Under the pieces are notes generated by a model that was given only the letters and a program-made list of their open reading frames with translations, searched no databases and was not told the origin of the DNA. Position numbers and translations under genes: made by a program. A DNA stretch of 32,000 nt from Moraxella nasovis. Lineage in GTDB: Bacteria > Pseudomonadota > Gammaproteobacteria > Pseudomonadales > Moraxellaceae. Location of the stretch: NCBI RefSeq assembly GCF_022701215.1, contig NZ_CP089976.1, forward strand, positions 1,860,001 to 1,892,000, in the 5' to 3' direction. Shown here one piece after another: positions 27,529 to 32,000 of this stretch (positions are counted from its first letter, which is position 1; each line of letters starts with the position of its first letter).

Positions 27529-28677
27529 ATGAATAACCTAAAAAATGAAAAAGGCGTAAGTGCCTGGGTACTGATGCCTTGGCTTGTGGCAGGTGTGTTG
27601 GCGGTGGCTTTATGGTGGGTGCTTCAAAACTTCACCACAAGACAGCCTGCACAAAATCCAGCCAACCCCATTCCAGTTACCACCCAGTCGCAGACTGTGG
27701 GCGGTGCATTATCATACCATCAAGTGGTGAATAATGCTGCCAACTCAGTGGTTAATATCTATACCACCCAAGTTATCCAAAATCCTTATATAAATGACCC
27801 TGTTTTTCAAAGGTTTCTTGAGTATTATGGCGGTCAAATACCAAAGCAAGAGCAAGGTGCATCTAGCTTAGGATCTGGCGTGATCGTATCCAAAGAAGGC
27901 TATGTGGTAACCAATGCTCATGTCGTGGATAAAGCCGATGAGGTTATCGTTGTGCTTAATGATGGCAGAAAAGCTAGAGCGGTCATGGTAGGGGCAGACG
28001 CTGAGACGGATTTGGCGGTGTTAAAAATAGAACTAGATGGCTTAGATCCGATTAAATTTCGCCAATCTGCCATCCAAGTAGGTGATGTTGCTTTAGCAAT
28101 CGGCAATCCTTTTGGTGTGGGTCAGACCATCACCCAAGGCATTATCTCAGCGACAGGGCGTTCTGGTCTTGGTGTCACCACTTATGAGGACTTTATTCAG
28201 ACTGATGCGGCAATCAATCCTGGCAACTCTGGCGGTGCTTTGGTTGATGCTAATGGTGATTTGGTTGGAATTAACACTGTCATATATTCTCGATCTGGTG
28301 GCTCGATGGGCATAGGTTTTGCAATTCCAAGTGGTATTGTTGAGCAGGTGATAAATTCAATTATCAAGACAGGTAAGGTAAGTCGTGGCTGGATTGGTGT
28401 GCAAATTGAGAACTTGCCAATTGACCCAACCAACCTAAACGTAACAACAGGGGCTAAAATCGCTCAAGTTTTCCAAGGTGGACCTGCCGATCATGCAGGG
28501 CTACGTGCAGGCGATGTTATTATTAGTATTGACAGTACAAAGATTGATAACGCTCACGCTTTAATGGGTGCTATCAGTAAGAAAACACCTAACTCCATCA
28601 TGTCTGCACAGGTCATACGTAATGGTGAGCAAATGCTTGTCAAAATAAGACTTGGTGAAAGACCTGTAAGTCGATAA
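27529..28677 (+). CDS. degS: DegS/AlgW-type membrane-anchored S1C serine endoprotease with a single PDZ domain
   Basis: 382 aa with an N-terminal TM anchor, catalytic His (VVTNAHVV), Asp (ETDLAVLKI) and Ser (GNSGGALVD), and one PDZ (GAKIAQVFQGGPADHAGLRAGDVIISI). Confidence 0.88.
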   Translation: MNNLKNEKGVSAWVLMPWLVAGVLAVALWWVLQNFTTRQPAQNPANPIPVTTQSQTVGGALSYHQVVNNAANSVVNIYTTQVIQNPYINDPVFQRFLEYYGGQIPKQEQGASSLGSGVIVSKEGYVVTNAHVVDKADEVIVVLNDGRKARAVMVGADAETDLAVLKIELDGLDPIKFRQSAIQVGDVALAIGNPFGVGQTITQGIISATGRSGLGVTTYEDFIQTDAAINPGNSGGALVDANGDLVGINTVIYSRSGGSMGIGFAIPSGIVEQVINSIIKTGKVSRGWIGVQIENLPIDPTNLNVTTGAKIAQVFQGGPADHAGLRAGDVIISIDSTKIDNAHALMGAISKKTPNSIMSAQVIRNGEQMLVKIRLGERPVSR

Positions 28678-28700
28678 TATCTACTGACCTGTCATTATAT

Positions 28701-28794
28701 CCCACCCATAAAACTAAAAGCATACTGGTGGATTATAGCCATCACTGCACCACTTGATGATGATTTTAGCAAGGTAATCCACGCTTTTGGGTGG
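28701..28794. other. Three-tier nested inverted repeat in the degS / orphan-ORF convergent spacer
   Basis: Outer stem: CCACCCA (28702-28708) with TGGGTGG (28788-28794). Middle stem: GTGGATTA (28728-28735) with TAATCCAC (28775-28782). Inner stem: CATCA (28740-28744) with TGATG (28755-28759). A competing partner ATGGATTAC lies at 28811-28819. Confidence 0.55.
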
Positions 28795-28828
28795 AGTGGC
28801 TTACCCTATGATGGATTACTTGGTTAAG

Positions 28829-29494
28829 CTATGTATTTGTGGGTTGTTGTATTTGGTTGAAGTGTTCAAAGACTCTTTCGCTAATAGCTATTGTCAAAAA
28901 TTCTAAAGTTTTTGGTGAATTTTGTTGTAGGGTGTTTAAAACGTGGGTGGTTGCCATCGCATGACTGTTAGGCAGGCGAGTATAGTCATTTTGTGGAGCG
29001 ATAATGATGGTATTTTCATTTAAATCTGTGCTCTTAAGCGTTTTTGTTGGATTTTTATGTAGTACATGCACATTGCCAGTAAACAGTATGCTTGTAGACA
29101 AATTAGACAGTAGTGATGATAGGCTGCCGTAGGTGGTCTGGTTTTCTTTGGCGGTGTTGGTAAAGGATAAATGCAGTGCTAAGGGAAAATCATCAAAGAC
29201 GATAACGCTAGTGCCATTTACTTTAAGGTGGTTGGCAGGCTTGATCGTCCCGTGCGATAGCCCAAGCATATCACAAGCCATCGCCGCTGTAACCTTATCG
29301 TTCATGTGCTTGAGCAGTGATAAATCAAGCGGTTTTTGGTTTTTGATGTCGTCTGGCAAGCTGTCATAGTGAGCCAAAAACATCATAGGTAAGTCTTGTC
29401 CGTGTAAGAAATTGGTTATTTTTACATTATGCACTCGAAACGAAACATCGCCTCGATAAAGTAATTCTTGTAAAATAAAGGAGTTGTCAGTCAT
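28829..29494 (-). CDS. Hypothetical cytoplasmic protein, no family recognised
   Basis: A long open frame of 221 aa from ATG 29494 (240 aa from 29551) in AT-rich DNA. It has no signal peptide, TM segment, recognisable motif or clear RBS. A minus-strand TGGTATAGT at 29530-29522 favours the 29494 start. Confidence 0.55.
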   Translation of the reverse strand: MTDNSFILQELLYRGDVSFRVHNVKITNFLHGQDLPMMFLAHYDSLPDDIKNQKPLDLSLLKHMNDKVTAAMACDMLGLSHGTIKPANHLKVNGTSVIVFDDFPLALHLSFTNTAKENQTTYGSLSSLLSNLSTSILFTGNVHVLHKNPTKTLKSTDLNENTIIIAPQNDYTRLPNSHAMATTHVLNTLQQNSPKTLEFLTIAISERVFEHFNQIQQPTNT

Positions 29495-29521
29495 AGCTAA
29501 AAATCGTTGGTGTTTTTGGTT

Positions 29522-29530
29522 ACTATACCA
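29522..29530 (-). promoter_or_regulatory. Candidate extended -10 (TGGTATAGT) for the orphan ORF
   Basis: On the minus strand TG-G-TATAGT lies about 28 nt upstream of ATG 29494. It is embedded in the palindrome TTTTTGGT-N6-ACCAAAAA (29513-29534). Confidence 0.35.
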
Positions 29531-29559
29531 AAAAATTGCCCAATATGGCATAAAAAATA

Positions 29560-29568
29560 TGCTAAAAT
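29560..29568 (+). promoter_or_regulatory. Extended -10 element TGCTAAAAT upstream of the HIT gene
   Basis: The exact 9-mer lies 40 nt upstream of ATG 29608. Confidence 0.5.
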
Positions 29569-29607
29569 GTCAATTGAGCTATTTTTAAAGTTGCTAATCT
29601 TAGGAAT

Positions 29608-30033
29608 TTGCCAATGCATTATGATGATACCAATATTTTTGCTAAAATTTTATCTGGCGATATCCCAAGCCATACCGTCTATGAAGACGATAAAACGCTT
29701 GCTTTTATGGACGTTATGCCCCAAGCCAAAGGTCATGTACTTATTATCCCAAAATGCCAAGCGGTGGAGCTGACAGATTTGGCGTCCGAGTATGCTTGTG
29801 CTGTCTTTAAAACCGCCCAAAAAGTGATACAAGCCCAACGTAAAGCACTTGGCGTGGCAGGCGTGGTGCAAATGCAGCTAAACGGCAAAGACGCAGGGCA
29901 AAGCGTGTTTCATTATCATATGCACCTTATCCCTACCCATATCCATGAGCTTGGCAAGCATGAAAGCGTGATGGCAGACCAAGACGAGCTTGCTAAATTG
30001 GCAACTAAAATCCGTGCGTGTATTGTTGATTGA
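29608..30033 (+). CDS. HIT-family (histidine triad) nucleotide hydrolase/transferase
   Basis: 141 aa: IFAKILSGDIPSHTVYEDDKTLAFMDVMPQAKGHVLIIPK and the triad HYHMHLIP. Confidence 0.9.
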   Translation: MPMHYDDTNIFAKILSGDIPSHTVYEDDKTLAFMDVMPQAKGHVLIIPKCQAVELTDLASEYACAVFKTAQKVIQAQRKALGVAGVVQMQLNGKDAGQSVFHYHMHLIPTHIHELGKHESVMADQDELAKLATKIRACIVD

Positions 30034-30111
30034 TTTTAAGCTTATTTTTTTTTTATTGGTGTTTAACAAATCACAAAATCACTTTGATAGATACGGTATA
30101 TCATATTTTAA

Positions 30112-30324
30112 TCAATCTAGCCACCTTGCGAGTGATATTTTTGACACTTGCTTTACCGCCAAAGATTTTAAATAGCTATATTGACCATCTTGGCTAAATA
30201 TGTAAATAACGTTGGTATCAATAGTGGTGTATTGGCAAAAATAATAAGCGCCTTTGAGGTGTGATTGGGGTTTAAATCTGGTAGCCGTTTTGGCGATTAA
30301 TGCGTTCTTCTTGCAAGTGAGCAT
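30112..30324 (-). pseudogene. Possible fragment of an IS3-type transposase catalytic (rve) domain
   Basis: The 70-aa ORF contains TTIDTNVIYIFSQDGQYSYL...SKISLARW. This loosely resembles the W.TDITYI..G..YLA.V.D..SR.IVGW block of IS3-family OrfB. The match is weak and made by eye only. Confidence 0.2.
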
Positions 30325-30367
30325 TTTTGAATTGCTAAAAGGTGAATTAAAAGCTTAATATCTGACG

Positions 30368-30538
30368 CTAAATAACTAAGCTTTGTGTGCCATTTTTATA
30401 CAAAAATTTAGCAGGACTGCCACCAAGCTTTGCTTATATGAGATTATAACGTTGCCCATGAAAAGTGCGAGCGTTAAGTGATGCCGCCATTAGTAGATTA
30501 TCTATGGATTTGGCAAAAAAAGCCTGCCGATACAGCAG
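30368..30538 (-). pseudogene. Possible C-terminal remnant of an IS3-family transposase (OrfB), interrupted by a stop
   Basis: My minus-strand translation reads LLYRQAFFAKSIDNLLMAASLNARTFHGQRYNLI*AKLGGSPAKFLYKNGTQSLVI*. This resembles the OrfB tail F.S..E....I..YI.FYN..R....LGG.SP..F. An in-frame TAA is at 30436-30434. No inverted repeats were identified. Confidence 0.35.
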
Positions 30539-30590
30539 TTAAGCTAAGAAGCTTTCATAAAATCGGTTTTAATTTCTTACTTTGGTAATA

Positions 30591-30621
30591 AAAAACGCAC
30601 TAAAATAATAGTGCGTTTTTT
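30591..30621. terminator. Bidirectional terminator after fpr
   Basis: AAAAACGCACTA (30591-30602) pairs with TAGTGCGTTTTT (30609-30620). The GC core is flanked by A and T runs. It is 38 nt beyond the fpr stop. Confidence 0.8.
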
Positions 30622-30658
30622 ATTGCCAATTTATTTATCTAATTTATTTATCTAAAAC

Positions 30659-31432
30659 TTAACCCACAAACGCTCGCTCTACTACATAATCAGCAGGCAC
30701 CCCCATGCGTGGTGAAACACTCAAGCCAAACTCGTCCAATATCGCACAAGTATCAGCATTCATCGCCATAGAGCCACAAATCATCACACGATCATCGTCT
30801 TTATTCATCGGTGGCAAACCAATATCATCAAAGAGTTTGCCTGATTTTAGTAGGTCAGTAATACGCCCTTGGTTTTTAAACTCTTCACGAGTTACGGTGG
30901 GGTAGTAGATGAATTTTTCACGCACCCATTCGCCAAAAATTTCATCGTTGGGTAGTTCATTTTCAAACATGTCACGATACGATAAATCTGCTACTTCACG
31001 CACACCATGCACTAAAATAACTTTATCAAAACGCTCGTACACTTCAGGATCTCGGCATAAAGATAAAAACGGTGCAAGCCCTGTGCCTGTGGCAAGCATA
31101 TATAAGTGCTTACCCCCTGCCAAATCATCAAGTACGAGTGTGCCTGTGGGCTTTTTACTTACTAATAACTTATCACCCACTTGAATGTGCTGTAAACGAG
31201 ATGTCAAAGGACCGTCTTGCACTTTGATAGAATAAAATTCAAGCTCTTCAGCGTAGTTGGGACTTGCGATAGAGTAAGCTCGCACCAAAGGCTTGCCGTC
31301 CACTTCAAGCCCAATCATGGCAAATTCTCCATTGCGAAATCGCAAGCTATCAGCTCGGGTGGTTTTGATGGTAAATAAGCGGTCGGTCCAGTGGTGGACG
31401 TAAGTTACAGTTTCATGGATAAATTTTGACAT
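30659..31432 (-). CDS. fpr: Ferredoxin--NADP(+) reductase
   Basis: 257 aa with RAYSIASP (the FAD RxYS motif) and MLATGTGLAPF (NADP-binding). Overall size is that of bacterial subclass I Fpr. Confidence 0.93.
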   Translation of the reverse strand: MSKFIHETVTYVHHWTDRLFTIKTTRADSLRFRNGEFAMIGLEVDGKPLVRAYSIASPNYAEELEFYSIKVQDGPLTSRLQHIQVGDKLLVSKKPTGTLVLDDLAGGKHLYMLATGTGLAPFLSLCRDPEVYERFDKVILVHGVREVADLSYRDMFENELPNDEIFGEWVREKFIYYPTVTREEFKNQGRITDLLKSGKLFDDIGLPPMNKDDDRVMICGSMAMNADTCAILDEFGLSVSPRMGVPADYVVERAFVG

Positions 31433-31483
31433 AGCAACTCTCAGTAAAAATAAAGTGGTTTAGTAATGATTGTAAATTTTGCG

Positions 31484-31489
31484 TATAAT
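31484..31489 (+). promoter_or_regulatory. Candidate -10 (TATAAT) for trmO
   Basis: A perfect TATAAT lies 78 nt upstream of ATG 31567. The -35 is weak. Confidence 0.3.
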
Positions 31490-31538
31490 AGCAAGTTTAT
31501 CGCCAAATATTATCACAAATTTGGAATATCAATTTTTA

Positions 31539-31547
31539 ATTTTAGCA
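31539..31547 (-). promoter_or_regulatory. Extended -10 element TGCTAAAAT (minus strand) upstream of fpr
   Basis: The plus strand reads ATTTTAGCA. On the minus strand this is the exact 9-mer, about 107 nt upstream of the fpr ATG 31432. The predicted transcript would overlap the divergent trmO leader. Confidence 0.45.
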
Positions 31548-31566
31548 TAAATGGTGCTTTATTACT

Positions 31567-32000
31567 ATGCAAGCTATCCTTTCTGATCTGACCTTGCCCA
31601 TCATCGGCTATCACCGTTCGCCTTTAAGTCAAAAATTTGGTACGCCACGTCAGCCAAATTTAGTGAATATCAAATCTGTCATTGAGTTTGTCGCTCCGTT
31701 TGATACGCCAGATGCATTTTTAGGCATTGAAAATTACAGCCATCTTTGGGTGCTGTGGCAGTTTCATCATAATAAAGCCCAGACGTATTTTCGCCCGCAA
31801 GTACGTCCACCACGATTAGGCGGTAATGATAAAATGGGCGTCTTTGCCACACGTTCCATGTATCGTCCTTCACAGATTGGCTTGTCGGTGGTGGCATTAA
31901 AAAGTGTACAAGTTATTGATCAAAAAGTAATTTTGCATATTGTTGGGGCGGATATGATAGATGGTACGCCCATCATAGATGTCAAGCCGTATCTGCCTTA
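31567..32000 (+). CDS. trmO: tRNA (t6A37-N6)-methyltransferase TrmO (TsaA/YaeB family), 5' part only
   Basis: Absent from the ORF track because it is open at the edge. My translation reads MQAILSDLTLPIIGYHRSPLSQKFGTPRQPNLV...HLWVLWQFH...RPPRLGGNDKMGVFATRSMYRPSQIGLSVV...DMIDGTPIIDVKPYLP, which is typical of the family. Confidence 0.88.
   Translation, partial: MQAILSDLTLPIIGYHRSPLSQKFGTPRQPNLVNIKSVIEFVAPFDTPDAFLGIENYSHLWVLWQFHHNKAQTYFRPQVRPPRLGGNDKMGVFATRSMYRPSQIGLSVVALKSVQVIDQKVILHIVGADMIDGTPIIDVKPYLP

Noticed and set aside
30045-30054. T10 homopolymer after the HIT gene and A8 in the KAS III gene (6096-6103) as phase-variation switches.
   Set aside because: T10 is not positioned between -35 and -10 elements of any gene I can identify. 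A8 is at the low end for slippage and sits in what looks like a housekeeping enzyme. Both are noted inside other findings but not proposed as switches.
29507-30175. ORFs 29507-29773 (+), 29650-29871 (-), 29878-30069 (-) and 29990-30175 (+) around the HIT gene.
   Set aside because: They overlap the well-supported HIT CDS or its promoter in other frames. They have no motifs or RBS and are AT-rich chance ORFs.
1-32000. Scan of all gaps over 100 bp for tRNA, rRNA, tmRNA, CRISPR repeats, integrase or att sites, and long duplicated segments.
   Set aside because: No cloverleaf-compatible sequences, regularly spaced direct repeats, intact recombinase genes or long internal duplicates were seen. Only the short hairpins and repeats listed above were found.

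Overview
This window reads as a mostly core, housekeeping chromosomal segment of an AT-leaning gammaproteobacterium. Protein sequences and gene order look Moraxellaceae-like, but that is inference only because no search was run.

Genes, left to right:
- Minus strand: oppA-oppB-oppC-oppD-oppF, with oppF running off the left edge.
- Plus strand: a stand-alone long KAS III (FabH-like) gene, then a tightly packed string of prfA, a DUF2798 membrane protein, a Cys-rich lipoprotein, a Phd/YefM-like antitoxin, a PIN toxin and lysS. A CPA1 Na+/H+ antiporter and dnaX follow.
- Minus strand: accC, accB, a LOG-family gene, secF, secD and yajC.
- Plus strand: a DUF21/CNNM-CBS protein, a small secreted NTF2-like protein, and a large MltD-like lytic transglycosylase with five LysM modules.
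- Then ybgI/Nif3 (-), a DegS/AlgW-type protease (+), an unrecognisable 221-aa ORF (-), a HIT protein (+), about 625 bp of non-coding DNA with possible IS3-type transposase scars, fpr (-) and the start of trmO (+).

I found no tRNA, rRNA or CRISPR array, no intact mobile element, and no convincing multi-gene novel system.

Items most worth a second look:
1. An A7 run in dnaX at the position equivalent to the E. coli tau/gamma frameshift site, with a -1-frame stop 7 codons downstream.
2. The toxin-antitoxin (TA) cassette wedged directly upstream of lysS.
3. The orphan 221-aa ORF, together with a palindrome over its promoter.
4. Structured non-coding segments after lysS and between degS and the orphan ORF.
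5. A recurring TGCTAAAAT extended -10 motif that marks promoters across the window.

All functional calls come from motif recognition by eye. Coordinates of small elements were counted by hand.
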